Below, in pieces: positions 50,036-61,367 of a DNA stretch of 64,000 bases. A model generated the notes under the pieces. It worked only from the letters and a program-made list of their open reading frames with translations, was not told the DNA's origin and ran no database searches. Positions within the stretch are counted from its first letter, which is position 1. Every line of letters starts with the position of its first letter. The translations under genes were made by a program, and so were the position numbers. The stretch comes from Selaginella moellendorffii (taxonomy: Eukaryota > Plantae > Lycopodiophyta). The DNA is taken from positions 402,526 through 466,525 of the forward strand of contig NW_003314306.1 of assembly GCF_000143415.4 (NCBI RefSeq). The letters are read 5' to 3'.

Positions 50036-50266
50036 GGAAAGAAAAAAGATGATTTTGCTGTGGAATTCTAAGGCAAAGGTCAAAAGTGTGATCTCTGGAA
50101 TATCAAAGAATATTAAATTCTAACATCGTTAACGGAATAAACTTTTTAAGATGCTGTATATTCCGTTTGAGTTAAGGCATATTCTGGTAGAGGTTTTGTA
50201 TTTGGATTCGTTTGGCATATTCGTTGCTTATTTATACTCGCTTTGCGCACGCGAGGGAGGAGGGTT

Positions 50267-53200
50267 ATGGCGATTGGATGGCGCTGCGCCGTCGCGCTCG
50301 CGCTGCTACTGGCGCTGGAGGTAGGGATTTCGATTGAGCTCGATCGATGCTCGCTTCTTAGGGTAGAATGGGGGGTTTTGTGTGGCTAGAGCTGATTTTC
50401 GTGCTGTGTCCAGGGTTTGGGGCGATTTCCAGCGGCTTTGGCAGAGATTGAGAGTGTAAATGATCGTCTAGAGACGAGATTGTAAGTCGGATTTAGATTG
50501 TAGAGCAGCAAAGTTGATCTTTCTTCGCAGGGCTAAGCATGCGAAAAATCACTGCGCAATGTATGATGTTTGTGGACAACGAGAGGATGGAAAGGCGTTG
50601 AACTGTCCGATTTCGGTGCCTGCGGTCACGGTAAGTTTGTGTTCTCGTTTTTGTTTCTTGATAAGTTTGATGGGATTGGTTGTTCTTTGCAGCCGAGTTC
50701 TTCGTTCTCTCACAAAGTCCAGAGCCTTTGCCCGACTATTACTGGAGATGTCTGTTGTACTGAGCAGCAGTTTGATATTCTCCGGAGCCAAGTTCAGCAG
50801 GTACGATGCACAAACTTTGGAGTTGCTTTGCTGCTACTCTTAAGTCGCGACTTTGGCAGGCTGTTCCTTTTTTGACTGGATGCCCTGCGTGCTTGAGGAA
50901 CTTTCTTAATCTTTTTTGTGAGCTCTCTTGCTCTCCCGACCAGAGCCTGTTTATTAACGTGACTTCTACGGTCCAGGTTCGTTTCGTTTCTATTTGTCTT
51001 TTGCCAACGAACAGTTTGCAGCAAAACTCTACCACGTCTACTGTAGACGGCATTGAGTTTTTCCTTTCCGAGGAGTTTGGAGTAAATCTCTTTAACTCCT
51101 GCAAAGATGTTCAATTTGGAGCTCTTAATACTCGAGCAATGGACTTTGTGGGTGGCGGAGCGAAAACATACAAAGGTATTTTTTTTTTCTCTCTTTGCAT
51201 TTTTGGCTTGAGAACGACTCTCTGTGTAGAGTGGCTTGCATTTATTGGCCGGCAGGCTGATTTATATGAACCTGGATCACCTTATTACATCAAGTTCCAC
51301 ACGTCAGCTAACGAGTCCTCGCCAATGTCACTCCTCAACACGAAAATGTTTCCATGCTGGGATGCGTCACTCTCTTGTTCGTGTGGCGACTGCCCGGGGG
51401 CCAAGGAATGTACAGAATCCTCTTTACCACCATCTCCTCAGAAGAACGCTTGTAGTGTCGAAATTGGCGGGACAAAGGTTCGCATCTTATCAGAAATTGT
51501 GCCCATCAGTATCAAGCGTTTTTCTCTTTCCAGATTCTATGTATAGACCTGGGGCTTGGAATCTTATACCTTCTGTTATTAGTGGGAATTGTGGCTTGGC
51601 TATGGGTTACTACTCGTCGTTACGAAGAACCTTCTGACGCAGAGATTAGAGAGGAACTTTTGCAATCAGAAGAGACGAATGGGGTGGAAATTACCCCGGT
51701 TGAGGTGGTGCATTAATTCATGTTCTTCATCACCTCATGTTTTGTGTGTTGCAGGGACTGGAAAAGGACGAAACATCCACACCTGAATCTCATGAACCTG
51801 TTCTGGAAAAGTTTTTGTCGAGATGGTTCAGGTGCGAGCCTCGTGCTTTAATTGGTTTGTTGTTATAACCTTTTACGCTCGCCAGGTCGCAGGGAACGTG
51901 GATCGCTAGACACCCTGGTGTGGTTCTGCTTCTGTCGATACTCGTGACCATAATTCTGTGCATTGGGCTTGTCAAAATGAATGTTGAAACGAACCCTGAA
52001 AACGTAAGCATTTCAGTCATTTTTTTGTGTTTTTTTTTTCAAACTCACATATTTCGTGCAGCTCTGGGTTAGTCCCGGGAGCGCAGCAGCGACAGAAAAA
52101 AAGTTTTTTGATACGGAGCTTACTCCTTTCTATAGAATTGAACAGGTAAACGTGAGCATCGCCTCATGCCTACTCATGCTTTGCATTTTTAGCTGATCTT
52201 GGCAACCCTTCCGGATGAAAACGGAGTGTCTCCTCCTATTTTGACAGATGACAACCTTAAGCTTATGTTTGAAATCCAAAATAAGGTAAAAATTATTAGA
52301 TTTGTGCTCGCAGTAATTCATAAAAGCAGGTTGACGATTTGAGAGGAAACCTTTCTGGAAGAACGGTTTCTCTCCAAGATATTTGCATGAAACCTTTCGG
52401 AACAGTTTGTGCTACGCAAAGTGTTCTGCAGGTACGCAACTGTCTTCCCTGACTCTTAATAATTTGTGTTGCTGCTGCAGTATTATAAGATGGACCGCCA
52501 AAAATTTGACGACGATGAGGGAGCGAGCCATGCGGCATTTTGCTTTGATGTAAACTTCTCCAAAAACTCGAGATGCTTCTGTTTCTCTAATATGCTTTTT
52601 TACTTGATTAATTTTTCTTTCAGCATTACTCGTCCTCGGAAAATTGTCTCAGTGCATACCAGTCGCCTGTGGATCCTAGTACAGCCGTTGGTGGTTTCGA
52701 AGGCACAAATTATACTCAGGTATAAAAATAACTTCGAGAGTGTTAATGATTTTCTCTGAATACGTAGGCTACTGCGTTTGTTGTAACATATCCCGTCAAC
52801 AATGCTGTGAGCAGCACCGAAGGTGCAAATGATGCTGCTATTGCCTGGGAGAAGGCTTTTGTGCGTTTGGCAAAGGTAAGGAACTTACCTCGATATATGT
52901 GTTCTATTCCATGAAATTCGCAGAAAGAGCTTCAGCAATTGGCAAGTTCACACAACTTGACTCTCGCATTTTCGTCTGAGAGCTCTGTACAGTCCGAGCT
53001 AGAGAGAGAAAGTTATGCGGATGTTGTAACGATTCTTGTAAGTGTTTCAATGATGGATTCATTTTCTTGAACAATGGCTTGCAGGTGAGCTATCTGGTTA
53101 TGTTCTTGTATATATCCTTCACTTTGGGAGATTCATTACCAGAAGTTGCTCCGTTTTATGTCACGTCCAAGGTTGGTTTCGCGAAACTTCGACTCCAAAT

Positions 53201-56029
53201 TAACATTGAGTTGCAGGTGTTTCTTGGTTTAGGAGGGGTTATCATTGTTGCACTCTCAGTTCTAGGATCTGTTGGTTTTTTCAGTGCTGTTGGTGTTAAA
53301 TCCACGCTTATCATTGCTGAAGTCATTCCATTTCTTGTCCTTGCGGTAAGCTATTGTTACTTGGTCCGTTAGATTAGAATTGATCAAATGCTGCTTCAGG
53401 TGGGAGTCGACAACATGTGTATTCTAGTGCATGCGCTTAAACGCCAGGAACCTGAACTTCCTCTCGACCTTCGAGTTGGAAATGCTCTTGCCGAAGTAGG
53501 TCCATCTATCACACTCGCAAGCCTTGCAGAGTTCTTAGCTTTCGCTATTGGATCGTTCACGCCCATGCCTGCCTGCCGTGTGTTTTCTATGTTCGCGGGT
53601 AAATGTTGCAAGTTTCCCGACTTGTACTTACACTCTCTTTGAATGCAGCTTTTGCGATACTCTTAGATTTTCTACTTCAGATTACGGCTTTTGTTTCTCT
53701 TCTTACTTACGACTTTACGAGAACTGAAGCGAACCGCGTAGATTGTTTGCCTTGTATCAAAGCCCGACAGCGTGACTACAATGCAGGATACCGTATGTAG
53801 TTCCCATCTGTGCTCTGCTTTTGACATAATTTCATTTTCCAGCGAACCGTGAAGGACTCAGAGGGGAAGGAGGAGCTGGTCTAGTTTCTGTTTATATGCA
53901 GGTAACATTTCCGCTTTTTTTAAAACTACTGCAGCGTGTTTGTTTCAGAAAGTGCACGCACCGCTCCTTCTCAAGCCTGCTGTGAAGGCCGTTGTCCTGG
54001 CAGCTTTTTCTGCTCTACTTCTAGTGAGCATCGTAAGTAGATGATGACGAAATTTTTCTTGTTGCTCACGTCTTGGTTATGAAGGCACTTGCTGTAAGGC
54101 TTCCGGCTGGTCTGAACCAACAAATTGTCCTTCCTCGGGATTCTTACTTACAGGTAATGCGATATGCTGTATGAAATGAATCTATGAACGTTTCTTGCAG
54201 GGTTATTTCAATAACGTGACAAGTCATTTAAGAATAGGACCTCCTCTCTATTTTGTGGTTCAAGACTATAACTACAGGTTCGCAGTTTTTGTCGTCTAGT
54301 TTCATCTAATAACTAGCTTTGACTATGCAGCGCACGAAGTAATCAGACCAACAAATTGTGCTCTATCAGTCACTGCCATCCAGACTCACTGCTTAACGAG
54401 GTCTCGAGGGCCGCCCTTACGCCTCAGACAAGCTTCATAGCTAGACCGGCGGCTTCATGGCTAGATGATTTTCTCGTTTGGCTGTCTCCGGATGCCTTTG
54501 GATGTTGTCGTACTTTCCCTGACGGCAGTTACTGCCCTCCTGATGATCAGGTATCGTGCTTTCTAGTTTATTTCTATGGTTTGAGAGCTGTTGACTCTGC
54601 CAGCCCCCTTGTTGTCCCGAATGGGAGGACTACTGCGGTTTGAGTGAGACTTGCAAGGACTGCACTACGGTACGTTTTATCTTGCTTTGAAATTTATATT
54701 GCGTGCTCAAATGACATATCTTTGTTTTTGTAGTGCTTCCTCCAGTCTGATTTGATCGACGGGCGTCCTACCACTGAGCAGTTTAGAAAGAAACTACCAT
54801 GGTTCTTGGACGCGTTGCCGTCTGCCGATTGTTCGAAAGGAGGTCGAGGCGCATACTCCAACAGCCTCAACTTGAGTGGTGAGTAAGATCATCTCTAGTT
54901 TTGTTCTTATATCTCGTCCTTTGAACAGGTTACAAGAATGGAACTATTAGAGCATTTGAGTTCCGCACCTATCATACAGCTCTCAACAAACAAACTGACT
55001 ATATTGATGCGTTGAGAGCTGTGAAGGACTTCACCGCTCGCGTGTCCAAGTCACTAAACGTGAGTACTTACAACTTTAAGTTTTCTTTTTTCTTATGAAT
55101 GTTCGTGTGCAGATATCAGTTTTTCCATATTCAGTTTTCTATATTTTCTTCGAGCAGTACTTAGACATATGGAAGAACACACTGATCAGCCTCGTGCTCG
55201 CAGTTGGTTCGTAGTTTCTGTGGCTTGCTTGGTATAATCTAACTGTGGCAATTGTGAATTTCAGCTGCCGTATTCCTCGTCTGTCTAGTTGTGACCACCA
55301 GGTTCGTGATCAATCACTTTTCGCAAGGTCTAAAACGTTTTTCTGGATTTTTTTCTTCTGCAGCCTAGCTACGGCAGGAATCATCCTTCTCGTCATTTTA
55401 ATGATAGTCATCAACTTACTCGTAAGAACTCGAAGTGAAAAACTCTCGGTTGTTTCATAACGCGATGAACTTGTGAGTCACAGGGGCTCATGTCAATCTG
55501 GACCATTCAGCTGAATGCTGTTTCGGTCGTCAATCTCATCATGTCCGTGGGGATTGCCGTGGAGTTCTGCGTTCACATCACGCACGCATTCTCGGTTAGC
55601 ACAGGCGATCGATCAATGCGAGCAACAAAAGCTCTGACAACAATGGGAGCCTCCGTGTTCAGGTCTGGTAAAACATTGTCACTTGCTTTGTTTGATCTTT
55701 TTTCTTGGTTTCTGCAGTGGGATCACCTTAACCAAACTCGTCGGAGTCGTGGTTCTCGTCTTTGCTCGCTCGGAGATCTTTGTGGTAACGATTTAAAACT
55801 TGCTTTTGGTTGATTTGTTCTAAGCTTGGAGTTCTCAGGTCTACTACTTTCGAATGTATTTCGGCTTGGTGGTTTTGGGATTTCTCCACGGCCTCGTCTT
55901 TCTTCCAGTGAGTCGAGATTATTTCTTCTTCTTCTTCTTCTTTGTTCTTGGTTCTCACGCAAGAACTTTTTTTCTCTCCAGGTTCTCTTAAGCATTTGCG
56001 GTCCGCAATCAGTAAGCGTTATGGATTGA
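50267..56029 (+). CDS. NPC1: Niemann-Pick C1 sterol transporter (~36 exons)
   Basis: Signal peptide, Cys-rich NTD ([32 protein letters not shown]), sterol-sensing domain ([26 protein letters not shown]), [12 protein letters not shown] and [23 protein letters not shown]. Confidence 0.96.
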
Positions 56030-56171
56030 TCAAAGCAAAGAAAACGAGCTTTTGTACATTTGATAGAATTCACTAAGTTAGAATAAACGAGTGAAAAAGT
56101 CCGTTAGCGAGCTGTGGTATAAAAGCTTCTAGGGTTTCGCGGGTAGGGCAGGGAGCGAAGTAGGAGCGACG

Positions 56172-58064
56172 ATGTGCGCGCTCGAGAATCCGGGCGCGGC
56201 GCTGTGCGATCACGTCCAGCGCCATGGCCTCCAGGGCCATCTCTTCTCCGACATCACGGTTTGCTTCCAGAGCAAGGATTACAAGCTCCACCGGATCATC
56301 CTCTCGCAGAGCCTCTACTTCAAATCGCTGCTGTCCGGACCCTGGAAGGAATCCGGTAAGCCGCGCGTGGAGCTCAAGATTGACGATCACAATGTGACGG
56401 TGGAGGGATTGGAGATCGCGTTTGCGTACTTGTATGGAGTGGAGCCGGCGTTTAGCAACGAGAATGCGGTGGGCGTTCTTGCGGCTGGATGCTTCCTGTG
56501 CATCGAGAATTTGTGCGAGCAGTGCGTCCAGTTCATGGTGAGTGATATCAGAGTGGAGACTTTCCTGGCTTATCAGCAGCTGTCGGAGCGGCATTGCTAT
56601 GGACACCATGCTGAAGGAATTCGCGATGCCTGCTGGAGCTACCTTTGTTTCCATGCTGCTCGAGAGCTCTCCCACGTACTATCCAAGCTTTCTCTTCCGG
56701 TAAGTCGTGTTTCTTCCTTCCTTTTGTATGTCTTTCCCGCTAGAGAATGTTTTGAAAAGTTTTTTTGGTTTGTGAAAAGTTCTGATGGATTTTTTTTTTT
56801 CCAGCTGCTTTGCCGGCTACTAAAGTCTGACGAGCTCTGGGTGACGAACGAGTCGGAGAGATACAAGCTTGCGAAGCAGGCTTTAGTAGACTGGAAGCTT
56901 TCGCGGAGACCTTCCAATGTGGAGGGTGGATCGTCAAAGAGGCAGCGGGTTGCAAAGTCGAACTCCGCAAGGAAGGCCGCCAAAACAGCCTCGGGCAAGA
57001 GCAAGGACAAAGGCAGCAAGCCAAGCTCCAAGGACAAAACCAAGAAGAAAGGCGAGGCCTCGAGCGAGCAGAAAGCCGCCTCGTCGCAGCAAAAGGAGGA
57101 TTTGAGCTCGACCCCGCTAAAAATGTTGAGAAGGCTCTGGGACGAAGACACGGCCGAGGAAGCAGCAGAGGTTTCATCAAAGGACGGGTTTGAGATGGTG
57201 ATGGACTTGTTCTGCGGTGGGGGCATCACCTTTGCTTACATGGACGCCAACGAGGGGCTCCAGGCGAGAAAAGAGCTCGAGGACGCCAACATGCCGACGG
57301 ACGTCGTCAACGACGCGATATGGCAGAACGTTTTGCTCAAGACCCGGGTGCTCGGAGGCACACCTTGCGAGGAGGAAGAAGAAGACTCCGACTCCTCCGA
57401 GTCGGGCGTGTCCGGCAGCTCCTCCGAGTCGAGCGAGTCGGACTGGAGCAGCCCGGACGAGGACGAGGCCGGCAACGCGAGCAGCGGCGGTGAGGACTCC
57501 GGCTTGGACAGGGCAGCAGCGAGCAGTGCCGCGACGCTGGTGCCTTTCTCAACCGTGGACGAGTGTTCGTTCGATGGCAAGAGGAGGAAGAGCACGGGGG
57601 GATTCAGCTGGTCCGCGAAGCTCCACAGCGGGATGCAGATGAGCGACTTCCCGCCGTTTCGATTCGGGACGGAGTTTACGTTCACGGACAAGGCGTGGTA
57701 CTGCTCAAACATGGAGAAGGACGTGTTCTTCGGGGGCTCGAGGTGGAAGGTGACGATGTCTTGCACCGGGGACGAGACCTGGTGGGTTGCGTTGCACTGC
57801 CGGCCATGCACGTATCCCTTCCAGCCGCATATGTACGTGGACCAGCGAAAGGTGGTGCGCTTCGCCGCCAAGCTTTTCATGCGGACGTCGAGCGGGCTGC
57901 AGTGCGTGACGGGGACGGGGCAGAGGAAGTGCAAGTCCCACGTCGGGGTCACCTTGAGCGCCAAGGACATTCCGAGAGACAAGCTCTTCCGGGTGGTGGC
58001 GGCGGTCCAGCTTATGGAGGACGAGAGCAAGGCGAAGACGCAGGCCAAAGACGAGGAAGCTTGA
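56172..58064 (+). CDS. BTB/POZ (BACK-like) domain protein; in-frame intron 56700-56804
   Basis: SDITVCF..YKLHRIILSQSLYFKSLLSGPWKE, LLKSDELWVTNESERY and C-terminal FPPFRFGTEF. The 105-nt GT-AG intron is read through in the supplied ORF track. Confidence 0.9.
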   Translation: MCALENPGAALCDHVQRHGLQGHLFSDITVCFQSKDYKLHRIILSQSLYFKSLLSGPWKESGKPRVELKIDDHNVTVEGLEIAFAYLYGVEPAFSNENAVGVLAAGCFLCIENLCEQCVQFMVSDIRVETFLAYQQLSERHCYGHHAEGIRDACWSYLCFHAARELSHVLSKLSLPVSRVSSFLLYVFPARECFEKFFWFVKSSDGFFFFQLLCRLLKSDELWVTNESERYKLAKQALVDWKLSRRPSNVEGGSSKRQRVAKSNSARKAAKTASGKSKDKGSKPSSKDKTKKKGEASSEQKAASSQQKEDLSSTPLKMLRRLWDEDTAEEAAEVSSKDGFEMVMDLFCGGGITFAYMDANEGLQARKELEDANMPTDVVNDAIWQNVLLKTRVLGGTPCEEEEEDSDSSESGVSGSSSESSESDWSSPDEDEAGNASSGGEDSGLDRAAASSAATLVPFSTVDECSFDGKRRKSTGGFSWSAKLHSGMQMSDFPPFRFGTEFTFTDKAWYCSNMEKDVFFGGSRWKVTMSCTGDETWWVALHCRPCTYPFQPHMYVDQRKVVRFAAKLFMRTSSGLQCVTGTGQRKCKSHVGVTLSAKDIPRDKLFRVVAAVQLMEDESKAKTQAKDEEA

Positions 58065-58505
58065 CAGGCTGCTGCGCTTCGAGATCCTCCTGGATCGTCT
58101 GGATCCCGGCCAGCTTCCAGCGGAGCAAATAATTTTGAGGTAGACATCCATCCCTTCTCTTTTCGTTTTCTCGCTTCCAGTCGCTGCTTGTTCATGCCGT
58201 GGTATATGGTTGTTTTAGTGAGAGGTGATGAAGAACACAACGCGGCTAGCTGCAGAGATTTTTATTTTGGCGAAGTATTCAAACGGTAAAGCTTCACGAA
58301 AACGTAGGGAAAATTTATTTAGCCTCGACTTTCTTCATGTTTTAACACCTATAGCTGTTAGTTTGTAATTGCATAGAAACGTTCCACTCACAGAAGAGGC
58401 GAGCTCGCGAGTACTCGCGATTCCGGAGTGACGAGTTTGCTACGCCTTTACGAGGACAAAACGAGAAAGAGTACACAGGTAGAGCACGGAACAAGGTTTG
58501 GTTCT

Positions 58506-61117
58506 CTATTTCATGGGGGACCTGATGAACAGCAACGCAGCACCAGTGATACCACGCAGGACCAGCAGCCGCGAGTCGACGTAAGTCGCACAGGCGAGCT
58601 TGGACACTGCAAAGATCTCTTTTGGGAGCTGGAGCCGGACCTCCTGCACGATCCGGCGGGCCAAGTCCGCGTCCGGCAGCGCCTCCTCCAGCTCCATGCC
58701 GATGTCGAACTCGTCCACGTCCAGCCGGATGATGGGGAGCGACTTTGGCGCGTCCTTTGGGAGGAAGTGGCCCAGTCCTTTGCGCTTTCTGGTTGCCGAG
58801 CTCTCCACTTCTCGCAGCCTCTCCAGCGCCGGGCTCTGGTCGATGACTTCGGTGTCCGTTTGGTAGAGGCGCTCGCCTTGCCGGAGCTGGATGTTTGTGG
58901 CGTTGATTTGGATCCGGCCGCTGTTTCCAGACTTGTCGTGAGGCCAGTTTGTGTCGCTCGGGAGCACTGTGAAGGTCACGTCCACTGTCGAGGCGAGAGT
59001 TTGGCTTGTCACGGAGATGGTTTGCATTACGTCTTTGATGAGAACTGGCGGAGAAGCCTGTTGGAGAAAGGGATGAAAGTTACTCCTTGAGAATGAGAAT
59101 TTCTTACCTGTCGCATTGTAAGTCCAATTTGCCTGCTTGTGTGATAGATGAGCCTCCATTTTCCTGGTAGCGTTTTCATCCAATCCTGTAGATCAATATC
59201 AATATCAACTTGACTGGAGCTCTGATCTTTTACCTCGAGTCTTGTCGTGAAATTGACTCGTTCTAGAAGATCAATGAGTTGTGCTAGCCTGTTTCGCTGG
59301 TAGCATTGTTTTAGAAGATATAAAGATATAAATTGTGAGTGTACCTGATGAGTCATGTAAATGTATTCTTCTACAATTCTAATCGCAGCGGAGCCTAGAC
59401 TCCAGCGTATCATATCAATGGAGGAATTCACTGGCCACCTTGGTCCACACAGAAACGGATGCCTTAATGCATCTGTGCAACTGTCGTAAACACGAAACAG
59501 TTATAAGCCTATCTTCGTCGTTCAAAGGAGATGGTCGATACAAAGGTACCTGATTCGGTTTCCAGGATCAATAGCAAGCATGGCTGCTAACAAATTCCAG
59601 CCAGCGCCACCATCTCTATCGAGAATCTACAAAAGGAAAAAAAGTTTTTAACCAGAGATAAATTATCCGACTCAAACCTGTAAGCCTGTGCTCCCAGAAG
59701 GCGATTTGGAAAGTAAATGGGGGAGGAGGAACTCACGGAGGCCTACAGGATCATGGCCCTGTATTAAACAACGCGGCGTAAGAGCGTTTCTCACCGTAGA
59801 AACGAGAGAACCTTTCTAAGAAAGGTTTTGAAGTGCGAAAAAATTAAAGGATCCATGAGTTCCCGGAGGACCATTCGTGCCATCACATAGCCTACGCATC
59901 TGTAGCTTTTTCACGTTAACCCTCAGGTTTCTAAAGAAAAAGCCTTTACCTTATGTCATAAGCGATGATTTGCTTGCGACGATTCTTGAGCTGACTCCCA
60001 GATGGCACAGTAACTTGATCATCAACTTCGGAAAATTCTACTGCATTTGCTAAAATTCCAACCTGTGCATTCCAACTCTTGGTTAAATTCCCATCACGAA
60101 AGCTACTTGCCTTGACATGCCTATCGGCCGCACTAATGTGAATATTGTTCAATCGTAATTCAGTGTGAGCAAGACCTTGGCTATGTAAATAGTTTACCTA
60201 CAAACAGTCGATTAGAAGCAACGAAAAAAAAAACCATGAAATCAGAAGCTTACCCCGATTAAAATGTCGCGCATTATCATTCGAACAAGTCGAAGTTGTC
60301 GAGTCACCTCCGGGCCACCAGTTGTATGATCTCCCACTCTTCGAGCAGCTTCCTCGCCGAGTGCAAGCCTTTGCTCGAGATTTGGCAGCCAGTCCACACA
60401 AAGTAGCCATTGGTGTAAAGAGCATCCATAGTACTGCAAAGAAAACTTTCTTCGTCAAGAACAACGGAGTGAGAAATTATCGAAGAACTTACACCATGGA
60501 CAAGCGTTAGAGAATCTTGGTCGGACGACGGAATAAAGCCATGCACTCGTGTCGCATAAGAATGAAATATATCTTGCTTACAAATCAGTTTGGAGACTAT
60601 CTGAAAGGCTGTCAAAGATTTTTTTCTCGAGCGACAAAGAAAAGTACTGACCTCTAGAGCTCGTTTTCCTCTACGCTGAGCTCGAGCACCGGTTAATTGC
60701 CTGAGAACCACTCGCATGCCTTTCAAGTCACTGCAAAAGAAATCTTAAGATTCAATTGCCAGAAAATAAAATCACGAAGTGAATCAACCTGCTGGGACTT
60801 TGCACCACTCCTTCAAACAAGAGCTCATCGCTCTAAGAAAACCAAACCAAAGTTCTATAAGTCAGAAAGAAGACTACCATTAAAACAATACTCACTCTCC
60901 CTGACAAGCCGATGCTAACGTGAGGACAGAGCGAAAAATCCGAGAGCTTGAACTCCTTGTAGCTCGCCGGACTCGCTTCAGCCGCATTCTTGGAGGAGCA
61001 AATGATAGCTTTCGATCGACTTCCAATTGACGAGCACCCCGCTGATCCCAGCGATGACAGCGGCGTCAAAGGCCTTGGATCACGCAGCCAGAGATCAGCG
61101 CGGCTAGAGATCGCCAT
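58506..61117 (-). CDS. Protein kinase plus PAP/fibrillin domain protein (PAP14/ORG1-like), multi-exon
   Basis: MRVVLRQLTGARAQRRGKRALE, HSQGLAHTELRLNNIHISAADRHVK.GILANA and a C-terminal fibrillin domain (PGKWRLIY..TYVDSRLLVLRG). Confidence 0.88.
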
Positions 61118-61200
61118 GCCGCGATCGATCCAGCTGACCTAAAACAAAACAGAGATGTGTATATGCACATTTGATATTTCAAAGCACCCAATGCGATATA

Positions 61201-61340
61201 GCCACGTGGAAGCTTACACAGCACACGCCAGCGTAGGCCAGCCACGGTATGCCACGGTTCTGCCACCTGGGATTACATGCCACCCTAAGGCCACGTGGAT
61301 ATCTGACACGCGTCAGAGTATCTCTGCTAAACACGTGGCA
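61201..61340. promoter_or_regulatory. Bidirectional promoter packed with G-box/GCCAC motifs
   Basis: GCCAC at 61201, 61241, 61251, 61262, 61279 and 61290, plus ACACGTGGC at 61331 (three full CACGTG), in a 250-bp gap between divergent ATGs. Confidence 0.65.
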
Positions 61341-61367
61341 GCATTATTTTAGGGTTCTAGTACAAGA

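Noticed and set aside
57236-59090. 334-aa and 220-aa ORFs antisense to the BTB and PAP14 genes
   Set aside because: Antisense shadows of real coding sequence.
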